From the NCBI GenBank assembly GCA_045597125.1, contig JAZODR010000038.1, positions 24,096-88,095 of the forward strand: a stretch of DNA of 64,000 nt. Reading direction: 5' to 3'. The position numbers and the translations under genes are program-made. Below are positions 50,062 to 59,754 of the stretch, piece by piece. Origin of the DNA: Eubacteriales bacterium (lineage in GTDB: Bacteria > Bacillota > Clostridia > Oscillospirales > SIG627). The notes under the pieces are model-generated. The model was given only the letters and a program-made list of their open reading frames with translations, was not told the origin of the DNA and ran no database searches. How positions within the stretch are numbered: position 1 is the first letter of the stretch; the number at the start of each line of letters is the position of its first letter.

Positions 50062-52584
50062 ATGATGAAACCAAAAAAATTGTGGATTCTGTTCTCCGTT
50101 TCCTTGGTTTGCTTCACTCTCTTTTCTGTGCTTTCTTTGTTCTTTGCGGGAAAAGGTGCTTATCACGGTGTTTTCAAGAGAAAGGATTTTTCTTTTTCTC
50201 TGACCTTGGATTCCTTAGGGGAGCAAATTATTTCTGAAAATAAAACGAAATCTTTGCCTCAAGGAAAGCATTCTTTGTTATTGCAAAACCGTGAAAATGA
50301 ATCCGTTTCTTTTGCGATTTATCAAAATGGAGAGAAAAAATCTGCTTTAACCTTGGATGCAAATGGGGAAGGCGTTGTTTCGCTGGATTCTGATGGCTCA
50401 GCTCTTTCTCTTGTGTTACAAAGTGAAACGCGTACCGTATCGTATTTGTCTGATATAGAAAGCTTTCGTGTTGTTATAAAGAGTATGAAGCAGGGTGGAG
50501 ACCTTGTGTTCCTAGCATACACGGATCTTAGCAAGGAATTTCTCAGCGGTTGTTTTCGCCTGTTTGGTGATTTTACGTTCTCTGAATTCTCTGTTGAAAG
50601 TTCTATGAAAGGGAATGTCGTTCTTTCTCCGAGTAATCCGTTTCGAGGGACACTTTACGTTTCCGCGCCCGAAGCTCGAGTTTATTGGCGCACCTTTTCT
50701 CCCGCTACTCCCAAAAAAGAACTGAATTACTATGTGAAAGCAAAAAGAGCCAATGGTACCACGCTTTCGCCTTTGGAGTATCCCATTTCAAGTTACGATC
50801 AGCTTTTCCGTTTGGCTTCTAAAGATTGCTTGCCAAATTTGACAGATGGTGGAACGCTTCATATTACCAAAGCGATTGTGCTTGGTGAATCTTTGCGCTT
50901 TTCTGCTCTTGCAAAGCTTGATATTGCCGCTCCCATTGACTGTCGCGGGAACACCTTGACCTTCTCATCTGAAGAAGACGGGGTTTATGAGGTAAAAACC
51001 TCTCTTGGTACGGGAGCCCTTGGAGCTTCACTTCTTTTTGATTCTCCTCGTTCTGCGCTTCTTTGGTCGGGAGAGGGGACGATTCCTTCCATTTCTACGA
51101 TTGCCAAAGGAAGCAACGTTAAAACTTATAACGGTAAGGCTCTTCCTCTTGGCGGCGAGGGCAAGGCGCTTCCGAATCTTGTGCTATACGGCGATGGTAT
51201 GGAATATTTACCCGAAAAAACTTCTTTTGAGGTGAAAGGAAACCTTTTGACCGCTACTTTACCGTATCTTGTGTCGAAAAAGAGCCTTGAACAGGAAAAT
51301 TTTTCCCTCTCTTGTGAAGGCGGTTCTGCAACCATGGAAGACGGTGTGATTGTTACAAAGGATTTTGATGGTAATGAGCGTCGCTATGCCGTAGAAATTC
51401 AACGGGCGCCAAAAGAAATTCCCGTGGTACATTTGGAAACTGAAGGTGGAGCAGAGATTACCTCTAAGAGTCAATATATTTCCGCTACTTTTGCTTTGGA
51501 TGGGGGGAGCAGTCAATATGAGTCTTTCTCTGAAACCCATATTCGCATCCGCGGAAGAGGAAACTCAACTTGGAAATGGGAGAAAAAACCCTATAAGATT
51601 CATTTTGATGAACCTACCTCTATTTTGGGTCTTCCTGCGGCGGAGGAATGGGCGCTTTTTTCCAACTATGCGGATAAGTCTTTGATGCGCAATCGTTTGG
51701 CGCAAGTAATGGCGTCTGAGCTTTCTTTTGAATATTGCCCAACGCAAGTCTGTGTAGACGTATTTCTCAACGGCGAATATTTGGGGGTCTATACCCTTGG
51801 TGAGCATTTGGAAGTGGGGAAAGGCAGGGTAGAGGTGGATTATGATGCCACCTCCTCCGATTGCGGGTATTTTTTAGAGGCAGGCGGAGTTGTGGCAGGC
51901 GTTGACGTAAAGGGAATGAATTATTTCCACGCAGGTCTTTTGAATTTTGTTCTGATAAAGATGCCTGAGTACAATTCTCTTACTTCCGAGCAGTTTGAGT
52001 ACATTCATCAATATATGCTCCGTACAGACCAGGCTATCAAAAAAGGAGAAGGCTATGAGGAATATATTGATGTGGATTCCGTTATTGATTGGCTGATTAT
52101 GATTGAGCTTTCTTGCAATACCGACTGCTCTTGGCGGCGAAGCACTTATTTTATTAAAGAACCGGGAGGAAAACTCGTGATGGGTCCTGTTTGGGACTTT
52201 GACCTTGCTTTCGGAAATTTCTCCAAAGATAACCCCGGTGACAATACTTGGGTCAGCTCCGAGCCCGATGATGATTATGTGGGTGAAACCTGGTCAACTC
52301 ATCTTTTGCAGGATGATGAATTTAAGGCTCGTCTTAAGGAGAGGTGGTTGCAGGTTCGCGATATCTTAGTTGATACTGCAATGGAGGAGATCGAGAGGCA
52401 ATACCAGTTGAATTCTCCTTCGGCAGAACTTAATTTTAAGCGATGGGATATTCTTGGGAAAAAAGTTGCTTTCGAGCGACATGATACAAAAAACTATCAA
52501 ACTTATTCCTCTCAAATTTTTTATTTACAAGAGTTTATCCAAAATCGTGCTGCTTGGTTGGATGAACAGGTTGCAAACTTTTAA
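50062..52584 (+). CDS. CotH kinase family protein with N-terminal anchor and long N-domain
   Basis: RGRGNSTW..KKPYKI, DKSLMRN, NGEYLGVY and GPVWDFDLAFGN motifs. Confidence 0.9.
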   Translation: MMKPKKLWILFSVSLVCFTLFSVLSLFFAGKGAYHGVFKRKDFSFSLTLDSLGEQIISENKTKSLPQGKHSLLLQNRENESVSFAIYQNGEKKSALTLDANGEGVVSLDSDGSALSLVLQSETRTVSYLSDIESFRVVIKSMKQGGDLVFLAYTDLSKEFLSGCFRLFGDFTFSEFSVESSMKGNVVLSPSNPFRGTLYVSAPEARVYWRTFSPATPKKELNYYVKAKRANGTTLSPLEYPISSYDQLFRLASKDCLPNLTDGGTLHITKAIVLGESLRFSALAKLDIAAPIDCRGNTLTFSSEEDGVYEVKTSLGTGALGASLLFDSPRSALLWSGEGTIPSISTIAKGSNVKTYNGKALPLGGEGKALPNLVLYGDGMEYLPEKTSFEVKGNLLTATLPYLVSKKSLEQENFSLSCEGGSATMEDGVIVTKDFDGNERRYAVEIQRAPKEIPVVHLETEGGAEITSKSQYISATFALDGGSSQYESFSETHIRIRGRGNSTWKWEKKPYKIHFDEPTSILGLPAAEEWALFSNYADKSLMRNRLAQVMASELSFEYCPTQVCVDVFLNGEYLGVYTLGEHLEVGKGRVEVDYDATSSDCGYFLEAGGVVAGVDVKGMNYFHAGLLNFVLIKMPEYNSLTSEQFEYIHQYMLRTDQAIKKGEGYEEYIDVDSVIDWLIMIELSCNTDCSWRRSTYFIKEPGGKLVMGPVWDFDLAFGNFSKDNPGDNTWVSSEPDDDYVGETWSTHLLQDDEFKARLKERWLQVRDILVDTAMEEIERQYQLNSPSAELNFKRWDILGKKVAFERHDTKNYQTYSSQIFYLQEFIQNRAAWLDEQVANF

Positions 52585-52585
52585 T

Positions 52586-52620
52586 AAAAAATGACACGGA
52601 TAATTCCGTGTCATTTTTTT
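52586..52620. terminator. bidirectional intrinsic terminator
   Basis: AAAAATGACACGGA-TAAT-TCCGTGTCATTTTT. Confidence 0.88.
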
Positions 52621-53582
52621 TATTTCATTGCGGTTACTGCTGAGTGAGCAGCTTGTTGCAGTTTTACAATTTTAGCTTCGCTTAGTTCATAGTCGGGCCT
52701 CCAGGTATTGCCGATGCAGCTTTTTCCTGTTAAAACCTCGAACCAAACACAAGCATTTAGGTACTGTCCTCCGCCAATATCTCCATCATGGTAGTGATCG
52801 TTTTTGCTTATACGTTTGCAAAGTACTTCTCCAATGACTGGATCGTGACGAACTATTTGCCAAGCATCTCCGGTAGGAACACGCTGAACATCAAGCATTT
52901 GGCTCATTTCAATCGCAAATTGATGCAAGAAATCTGCCATGCCTTGTTGTTTCTCTTTGGAATCCATCCGCATACCGTGATGGTCTGCCCCTATTTCCCA
53001 TGCCCAAAGTTGGTGCCAATAAAACTTGCTCTGAGGAAAATTACTTTTAAGATAGTTCATTAAGTCTTTGGCATAGGAATCTGCATTTCTGTGAGCTTTT
53101 TCAAAGTCGGTATGAAGCAGTTCAACAGGGGTTTGCTGAAGACTAATGACATCCCAATTTTCTCTGTTCAAGCACTGGCGCAAAGAGAAGTTTTCATACT
53201 TTGTTCTTCCTTTTTCGTCCGTTTCAAAATATTGATAATTCGCCGCATATTGTTTCCACCAGGACCAGTGTTTTTGCAGGGAGCATCCGGAGTAATATAC
53301 ATTGCAGACTTTCATATTTATACCCGCTGCTTTGGCGATGCCATATAGTTCCTCTACATAGTAATAGCAAGAACTGGAACCAATCATTAATATGTTCATC
53401 ACATTATCCTGCGCCGGATTATATTCTTGCATAATCGCATCCTCTTTTTCTTTTATGCTTTTTTTGGTGGTAGTGGTAACAGTGCCGGTGGTATTTTCGC
53501 GCAAAGGTTTTAGTTTGGGGGAACAGGAAGTAAGACAGAGAAAGCAAAATGAGATTGCAAGAAATAAATAGAATTTTTTCAT
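52620..53582 (-). CDS. DUF4886/SGNH-like lipoprotein, paralog 2
   Basis: Lipobox LTSC, with ILMIGSS, YYSGCSL, WDVISLQQ and DHYHD motifs. Confidence 0.8.
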   Translation of the reverse strand: MKKFYLFLAISFCFLCLTSCSPKLKPLRENTTGTVTTTTKKSIKEKEDAIMQEYNPAQDNVMNILMIGSSSCYYYVEELYGIAKAAGINMKVCNVYYSGCSLQKHWSWWKQYAANYQYFETDEKGRTKYENFSLRQCLNRENWDVISLQQTPVELLHTDFEKAHRNADSYAKDLMNYLKSNFPQSKFYWHQLWAWEIGADHHGMRMDSKEKQQGMADFLHQFAIEMSQMLDVQRVPTGDAWQIVRHDPVIGEVLCKRISKNDHYHDGDIGGGQYLNACVWFEVLTGKSCIGNTWRPDYELSEAKIVKLQQAAHSAVTAMK

Positions 53583-53584
53583 AA

Positions 53585-54577
53585 TTATTTTTCTAATTCA
53601 GCTACGGCGCGATGCGCAATGTTTTGAAGGGCACTGATTTTCGCTTCGTTCAGTTCATAGTCGGGCCTCCAGGTATTGCCGATGCAGCTTTTTCCTGTTA
53701 ATACTTCAAACCAAACACAAGCATTTAGGTACTGTCCTCCGCCTGTGTCACCGTCGTGGTAGAAGTCGCCGATGGTATTGTCGCCGTTTGGACCTTTGTT
53801 GCAAAGCACATCACCGATTTGAGGATGTTTTCTTGCAATGCTCCAAGCACTGCCGGAAGGAATCATGGGAAGATTCAGGTCTAAACAAACTTGTTTGCAA
53901 GCGGCACTGATATTTTTTTGATGTAATTGTTGCATTGCAGAATCGGTAATTTCGACGCCATTGCGATTCCATCCTACCTGATAAGCCCAGGTTTCATGAA
54001 AATAGAGTTTTGCTTTTGGATGGGATTTTTTTATCAGATTAACGAGTTTTTCCGCGTAAGGATTGCAGCTGTCGTAGGAAGCATCGTAGGTGTTGGCAGT
54101 AGTGGGGCCAAAGTGTTGTTGAATGGAAATAATATCCCAATTTTCTGCGTTAAGACATTTTTTTAGGGTATAGCTATCCAATACTGTTCTGCCATTTTCA
54201 TCGGTGGTAATGAATTGATAATTGGCGGTGTTACTTAAGTACCAGTTCCAATGCTGGTCCAATTTACATCCTGAATAATAGAGATTGGTAATTTCCATAT
54301 CAATTCCTACAGACTGCGCCATTCCAAACAATTCATCCGGAAAATAATAGCAAAAGGAATTTCCAATCATTAATACTTTCATTATGTTGTCCTCCTCGGG
54401 ATCGTGAATGAGTTCTTCTTCTTCGTTTTTTTTCTGTTCTACTTTTTTTGTTGTGGGGGCGGGAGCTTTTTTCTCCTCTGTATATTGAATAGGCTCCAGA
54501 GAAGAGCTGCAACCGATTAAGGATGTGCAAAGGAAGACGAAGTATAAAATATTAAGTGCTTTTTTCAGAAATTTCAT
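53585..54577 (-). CDS. DUF4886/SGNH-like lipoprotein, paralog 1
   Basis: Lipobox LIGC, with VLMIGNSF, YYSGCKL, WDIISIQQ, HETWAY and DFYHD motifs. Confidence 0.8.
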   Translation of the reverse strand: MKFLKKALNILYFVFLCTSLIGCSSSLEPIQYTEEKKAPAPTTKKVEQKKNEEEELIHDPEEDNIMKVLMIGNSFCYYFPDELFGMAQSVGIDMEITNLYYSGCKLDQHWNWYLSNTANYQFITTDENGRTVLDSYTLKKCLNAENWDIISIQQHFGPTTANTYDASYDSCNPYAEKLVNLIKKSHPKAKLYFHETWAYQVGWNRNGVEITDSAMQQLHQKNISAACKQVCLDLNLPMIPSGSAWSIARKHPQIGDVLCNKGPNGDNTIGDFYHDGDTGGGQYLNACVWFEVLTGKSCIGNTWRPDYELNEAKISALQNIAHRAVAELEK

Positions 54578-54585
54578 TTTGTAAC

Positions 54586-55245
54586 CTACTTTCTTTTATC
54601 ACGCAAAGGACAATTTGCACAGTTTGGGTTCTGTGCTTTGCAAAATTCTCTTCCAAGAAGGATGATACGATGGCAGAAATCGGATTGCTCAGCTTTTGGA
54701 ACGATTTTCTCCATTTCTCTTGTAACAATTGTAGGATTTTTGCTGTTAGTTAAGCCAAAGCGATGGCTTAAACGAATTAAATGAGTGTCTGCAACGATAT
54801 GGGGATCGTTGAAAACATCACCCATCATTAAATTTGCAATTTTTTCGCCTACACCGGGAAGTGCAAGTAAGGAGTTTTTATCTGCAGGAACTTTTCCGTC
54901 AAAATCCCGCACTAAGATTTTGCTCATTTCCAGAATTTGTGCTGCCTTTGTACGGTAAAGTCCACAGGGCTTGACAGCTTCTTCTAATTCCTTGATATCT
55001 GCTGCTGCAAAAGCTTTAACATCCGGATATTTTTCAAAAAGAGGGACGGAAACTTCATTGACTCGCTTGTCCGTGCATTGCGCAGAAAGCCGCGCCATAA
55101 CAAGAAGCCGAAAAGGGTCTGCATGAAACTCTAAAGCGCATGCGGCATTGGGGTAAAGCTCTTTTAAAGTTTTATGGATAGCATCTGTTCTTGCCTTTTT
55201 GCCGCGGGGAAGCAAGGGAATTGCAGAACATTTTTTTACATTCAT
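54586..55245 (-). CDS. nth: endonuclease III
   Basis: LSAQCTDKRVN, HhH LPGVGEKIAN, DTH and a C-terminal Cys cluster. Confidence 0.93.
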   Translation of the reverse strand: MNVKKCSAIPLLPRGKKARTDAIHKTLKELYPNAACALEFHADPFRLLVMARLSAQCTDKRVNEVSVPLFEKYPDVKAFAAADIKELEEAVKPCGLYRTKAAQILEMSKILVRDFDGKVPADKNSLLALPGVGEKIANLMMGDVFNDPHIVADTHLIRLSHRFGLTNSKNPTIVTREMEKIVPKAEQSDFCHRIILLGREFCKAQNPNCANCPLRDKRK

Positions 55246-55384
55246 CTGTACGCTCCTTTTATCATCTATCATTATAAAATGTTTTTTTTTCAAAGTCAAG
55301 CCTTTAAAATTTCTTTCGGGACTTGTTTTTTGCGGGAATTTAGAGTAAAATGAATACATAGAGTTTTGCGAAGGAGTAAAAACT

Positions 55385-55942
55385 ATGAATCAGATTATTG
55401 CTTTGGTGGGAATGTGCGGCAGCGGAAAAAGCGTTTGCTGCGAGGAGTTCCGCGGACGCGGCTGGGAGTATGTATATTTTGGCGGTGTTACGATGAAGGA
55501 ACTGGAAAAGAGAGGATTGGAGCGTAATGAGACCAATGAGCGCAGTATCCGCGAGGAGCTCCGCAAGACATACGGTCCTGCGGCATTTGCCATTTTGCTG
55601 AAAGAGGAAATTTCCGAAAAATTGAAAAGCAATCATGTTTGTCTGGACGGTCTTTATTCCTGGTCGGAGCTTTTGGTGCTTCGCGAGGCTTTTGGAGAGC
55701 GTTTGACAGTGGTTGCCATCATTGCTGAGCGTAAAAAGCGTTACGGAAGAATTGCCAAGCGTGTTATTCGACCCTTGACTCCTCAGCAAGCTGAGAGCCG
55801 CGATATTGCAGAGATTGAAAATATGGAGAAGGGCGGCCCTATTGCTATGGCGGATCTGTTTTTATTCAATGACGGAACCGAGGAGGATTTCCGCGGTGCT
55901 ACCCGTGCTTTGATTGATCGCGTCGAAGCGGGGCTGCTTTAA
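55385..55942 (+). CDS. P-loop nucleotide kinase (CoaE-related, UPF0200-like)
   Basis: VGMCGSGKS, FGGVT, DGLYSWSE and RDIAEIE..KGGPIAMAD motifs. Confidence 0.75.
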   Translation: MNQIIALVGMCGSGKSVCCEEFRGRGWEYVYFGGVTMKELEKRGLERNETNERSIREELRKTYGPAAFAILLKEEISEKLKSNHVCLDGLYSWSELLVLREAFGERLTVVAIIAERKKRYGRIAKRVIRPLTPQQAESRDIAEIENMEKGGPIAMADLFLFNDGTEEDFRGATRALIDRVEAGLL

Positions 55943-56024
55943 GACGAATTTTATTGACAAATGTGTGTTTTTCGGCTATAATCCTATGTGGTTTATTTTT
56001 TGAAAAAGGATGGAATAGATCGTT

Positions 56025-57740
56025 TTGAAAAAACTGACAAATGACGTGGCTTACGATTTTCGCAGCATGATTGCAAATTCAGCAAGCCGCTTGCCTGAAA
56101 AGGATTATTTGGTATATAAACGTGGTGGCGGATTGGAATCCGTTACCTACGCCGGCTTTGAGGAGCGTGTGCGCGCTCTGTCTGAGGCATTTTTGGAATT
56201 GGGGCTTGCCGGCGCGAGCATTGCGGTTATTGGTGAGACCAGTCCCGAGTGGATTATCACTTATCTTGCTACTATTATTGTTGGGGGAGTGATTGTTCCT
56301 TTGGATAAGGAACTTGCTCCCGAATCTACCCGCGGTTTTATTAAGAAAGTTGGTTGTAAGGCAGTTGTCTATGGCCATAAATTTGCTTCCCATTTTGAGG
56401 GGGATTACGAAGAGCTTTCTTCTTTGGAATATAAAATTCCCTTTGATCCTGCGATGACCGAAAGTGAAGATTTTCGTCCTGAAAAGGGCGTTGTCCCTTT
56501 CCTTCAGATGCTGAATTTCGGAAGAGGTCTTGTAGCTAGTGGAAGCGAAAAGTACGATAGTATCCCCGTGGATTTGGAGAAGGTTTGTGCCATTCTGTTT
56601 ACCTCCGGCACCACCGGTTCCTCTAAGGGTGTTATGCTGTGCCAGAAAAATATTATTCACGCGGTTAATGCATCATACCGTACCACGGGCTTTGAGGAAT
56701 CGGATGTCATTGTATCGGTGCTTCCCATTCATCATACCTACGAGATGACTTGCAGCATTTTAACTGCGCTTTTCATTGGTGCAACGGTCTGCATCAACGA
56801 TTCTCTCAAGTATATCGTTCGTAATTTTCAGTTGTTTAAACCGACGGGTCTTGTGCTGGTTCCGTTGTTTGTTACTACCGTTTACAAGCGTATTTGGGAA
56901 ACTGCTCGTAAGAGTAAAAAGGAAAAAATTCTTCGCGGAAGCATTGCGGTTTCCGATGCTTTGCTTAAAGTGAAGGTGGATACCAGAAAGCTTTTGTTTA
57001 AAAGTGTCAGAGATGTGTTTGGCGGCAGACTTAAGCGTATTATATGCGGCGGAGCCCCTATGCCGCCTGATCTGGTTTCCGAATTTGAATCCTTTGGCAT
57101 CAAGCTTTGTCAGGGTTATGGTATTACCGAGTGTGCACCACTGCTCAGTGTTTGCCCTGAGGATGATAACAGGCCCGGTTCCGTCGGACCTGCCATTCCC
57201 GGTGTTCAGGTCAAGATTGATGTGGAAGAAATAGAGGATGGCAAGGAAATCGGCGAAATCATGGTAAAGGGCCCCAACATTATGAAGGGCTATTTCCAGG
57301 ATAAAGAAGCAACCGATGCCGTGCTTGACGGTGCTTGGTTCCGCACGGGGGACTACGGTTATCTGGATGAGGACGGATTTATCTTCATTACAGGCAGAAA
57401 GAAAAACGTTATCGTTTTGAACAACGGTAAGAATGTATTCCCCGAGGAAATCGAGGAGTATCTGTATAAATTTGATCTTGTGGCAGAATGCGTGGTCATT
57501 GGCAGAAAGAACGACGAGGATAACGTGGTTGTTACCGCTTTGATTTATCCGGATTTTGCTAAGGCTGAGGAAATGGGTCTGGGAACGGATTTGAATGAGA
57601 TTGGCAGTGTGATCAAAGAAAAGATCGCGGAGCTGAATCGCTCTCTCCCTTCTTTTAAGCAGATTAGAGGTCTTGAGATTCGTCGCACCGAATTTGAAAA
57701 GAATACCTCGAAGAAAATCATTCGATACAAAATTAAATAG
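56025..57740 (+). CDS. long-chain fatty acyl-AMP/CoA (or ACP) ligase
   Basis: FTSGTTGSSKG, QGYGITE, FRTGD and TGRKKN motifs. Promoter TTGACA-17-TATAAT at 55954-55982. Confidence 0.92.
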   Translation: MKKLTNDVAYDFRSMIANSASRLPEKDYLVYKRGGGLESVTYAGFEERVRALSEAFLELGLAGASIAVIGETSPEWIITYLATIIVGGVIVPLDKELAPESTRGFIKKVGCKAVVYGHKFASHFEGDYEELSSLEYKIPFDPAMTESEDFRPEKGVVPFLQMLNFGRGLVASGSEKYDSIPVDLEKVCAILFTSGTTGSSKGVMLCQKNIIHAVNASYRTTGFEESDVIVSVLPIHHTYEMTCSILTALFIGATVCINDSLKYIVRNFQLFKPTGLVLVPLFVTTVYKRIWETARKSKKEKILRGSIAVSDALLKVKVDTRKLLFKSVRDVFGGRLKRIICGGAPMPPDLVSEFESFGIKLCQGYGITECAPLLSVCPEDDNRPGSVGPAIPGVQVKIDVEEIEDGKEIGEIMVKGPNIMKGYFQDKEATDAVLDGAWFRTGDYGYLDEDGFIFITGRKKNVIVLNNGKNVFPEEIEEYLYKFDLVAECVVIGRKNDEDNVVVTALIYPDFAKAEEMGLGTDLNEIGSVIKEKIAELNRSLPSFKQIRGLEIRRTEFEKNTSKKIIRYKIK

Positions 57741-57751
57741 GAGATATTGTT

Positions 57752-57976
57752 ATGTTTGAAGAACTGAAGAAAATTCTGGTAGAAGAAATGGACGTTGATG
57801 CAGAACTGATCACGCCCCAGGCTGAATTTGTCAATGACTTGAAACTGAATTCTCTGGATATTGCAGATTTCGTTTTGATTTGCGAGGATAAGTTTGGTGC
57901 AGAGATCGAAGAAGATCAGATTCATACTATCCTCACTGTTCAGGACCTTTGCGATTACATTGCCGCTCATGCCTGA
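57752..57976 (+). CDS. acyl carrier protein
   Basis: Acidic 74-aa protein with DLKLNSLD phosphopantetheine site and EDKFG..I motif. Confidence 0.9.
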   Translation: MFEELKKILVEEMDVDAELITPQAEFVNDLKLNSLDIADFVLICEDKFGAEIEEDQIHTILTVQDLCDYIAAHA

Positions 57977-58469
57977 AAAAAACAGGAAGCTCCATATTGT
58001 TCTGGTTGAACCGGAAATTCCGCAAAATACGGGAAATATTGCAAGAACCTGCGCCGCTACCGGCGCAGTTTTGCACCTTATAGAGCCACTGGGTTTTGAA
58101 ATCAGTGACCGATATTTGAAACGGGCGGGGCTTGATTATTGGCAATATTTGGAGTTACATACTTATCCCAATTTAGATGATTTTTTTGCAAAAAATCAAG
58201 GCGAATATTACTTCTTTACAACAAAGGGCAAAAAAAATTATGCTCAAACTGTATATGAACGACAGGTCTATCTTTTTTTCGGAAAGGAAACCAAAGGTCT
58301 TCCTGAGGATTTGATTCGCGCCCATTCAGAGCGAGCGGTCAGACTTCCGATGAAGGAAAAAATCCGTAGTTTGAATTTGTCAAATTCTGTTGCCATTGCT
58401 GTATATGAAGTGCTTCGTCAGTGGGATTTTTGCGGTTTTCAGACAGAAGGCTTTTTGCCTGAGGTGTAA
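57969..58469 (+). CDS. trmL: tRNA (cytidine/uridine-34 2'-O)-methyltransferase
   Basis: EPEIPQNTGNIARTC, RAGLDYW, FGKETKGLP and RSLNLSN motifs. Confidence 0.96.
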   Translation: MPEKNRKLHIVLVEPEIPQNTGNIARTCAATGAVLHLIEPLGFEISDRYLKRAGLDYWQYLELHTYPNLDDFFAKNQGEYYFFTTKGKKNYAQTVYERQVYLFFGKETKGLPEDLIRAHSERAVRLPMKEKIRSLNLSNSVAIAVYEVLRQWDFCGFQTEGFLPEV

Positions 58470-58470
58470 T

Positions 58471-58908
58471 ATGAAGCGCTTTCTTCGTATTGCCATGCCG
58501 ATTTTAACCTTTTTGCTTATCGTGTTTATTTTTTCAAATTCTCTTTCTAACGGGGAGCAGGCTGGCGCAAAGAGAGATTTTTTTGTAAAATTGTTTACAG
58601 AAAAAAATCTTTCTCCCCGTATATTGACTTCGGTTGCTAAACTGTTTCATATGATGGAATATGCAGCTTTTTCCTTTTGCCTGACCGGGTCTGTATATCT
58701 TTTGGGCGATGGGTTGAAAAACCGTTTTGAAAGAATTTTGCTATGCGGAATGACCCTAGCCATTGCCGATGAAATGATCCAAACCTTGTTTTCGGGACGC
58801 GGTTCAAGGCTGACGGATGTGCTCGTGGATACTGCAGGAGTCATGATTGGCTATGCTGTTTCATTTTTGATTGTATATTGTGTTCAAAAGAAAAAAGGGA
58901 CTTTTTAA
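58471..58908 (+). CDS. VanZ family membrane protein
   Basis: IFSNS, KLFHMMEYA and DEMIQ..GRGSRLTDVLVD motifs. Confidence 0.88.
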   Translation: MKRFLRIAMPILTFLLIVFIFSNSLSNGEQAGAKRDFFVKLFTEKNLSPRILTSVAKLFHMMEYAAFSFCLTGSVYLLGDGLKNRFERILLCGMTLAIADEMIQTLFSGRGSRLTDVLVDTAGVMIGYAVSFLIVYCVQKKKGTF

Positions 58909-58921
58909 GTCCCTTTTTCGT

Positions 58922-59734
58922 TTATGAATTTAATACATCTAAAATGATACCTGCATCGGGAAGCACCAAATGAGGTTTGTCGGGGGATGCTGCAAGAATC
59001 GCCTCATCGGTTTCTCCGCTCATAACGAGAATCCCCCAGATACCTGCATTCAAACCGCTTTTTACGTCGGTGTAAATGCGATCGCCTACCACGGCGGTTT
59101 TTTCTTTTTCTGCGCCCATTTTCCTTCTGGCAAGATCCATCATCAATGCGCCGGGTTTTCCGATGACCACGGGCGTTTTTCCCGTAGCATTTTCAATCAT
59201 CTTACATACGCTTCCGCAATCCGGAACACTGCCGAATTCCGTGGGGCATACAAGATCGGGATTGGTGGCAAGATAGGGGAGATCGGGTCGCTCGCAAAGC
59301 AAGCGGCTTACGTCCTCAAGCTTTTTGAAGGTAAGCTCGGTGTCAAAGCCCATTACGATACATTCTACTTCATCCAAATTTTCCGTAATGACAAATCCTG
59401 CATCGCGAAGCTGTGCTTTTAGGGATTCGGTTCCGCAAACGTAAAGGGTTTTGCCGGGGTGATTTTCCAAGAGGTAATGCGCGGTTGCTTGAGAGGACGT
59501 ATAAAAATCCTCCACGGTGCTTTCGATTCCGAGCTTTGCCAGTTTTTTTACATAATCAGCAGGGCTTTTGGACGAATTGTTTGTGGTAAAAAGGTACTTC
59601 TTTCCTTTCTCGCGAATCTTTCTTAAAAGTTCTTTGGTAAAGGGATAGAGCTGGTTGCCTAAATACAAAGTACCATCCATATCAAAGAAAAAAAGTTCAA
59701 CATCTTTTAATTGTTCAACGGTCATTTCTTTCAT
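58922..59734 (-). CDS. HAD-IIA family hydrolase (NagD-like)
   Basis: DMDGTLY, TNNS, TNPD, IGKP and GDRIYTD motifs. Confidence 0.93.
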   Translation of the reverse strand: MKEMTVEQLKDVELFFFDMDGTLYLGNQLYPFTKELLRKIREKGKKYLFTTNNSSKSPADYVKKLAKLGIESTVEDFYTSSQATAHYLLENHPGKTLYVCGTESLKAQLRDAGFVITENLDEVECIVMGFDTELTFKKLEDVSRLLCERPDLPYLATNPDLVCPTEFGSVPDCGSVCKMIENATGKTPVVIGKPGALMMDLARRKMGAEKEKTAVVGDRIYTDVKSGLNAGIWGILVMSGETDEAILAASPDKPHLVLPDAGIILDVLNS

Positions 59735-59754
59735 CGTTCTACTCCTTGTTATGA

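Noticed and set aside
52684-53743. DGR template/variable repeat pair
   Set aside because: The mismatches are synonymous and not adenine-specific, both copies are inside coding genes, and there is no reverse transcriptase in the window.
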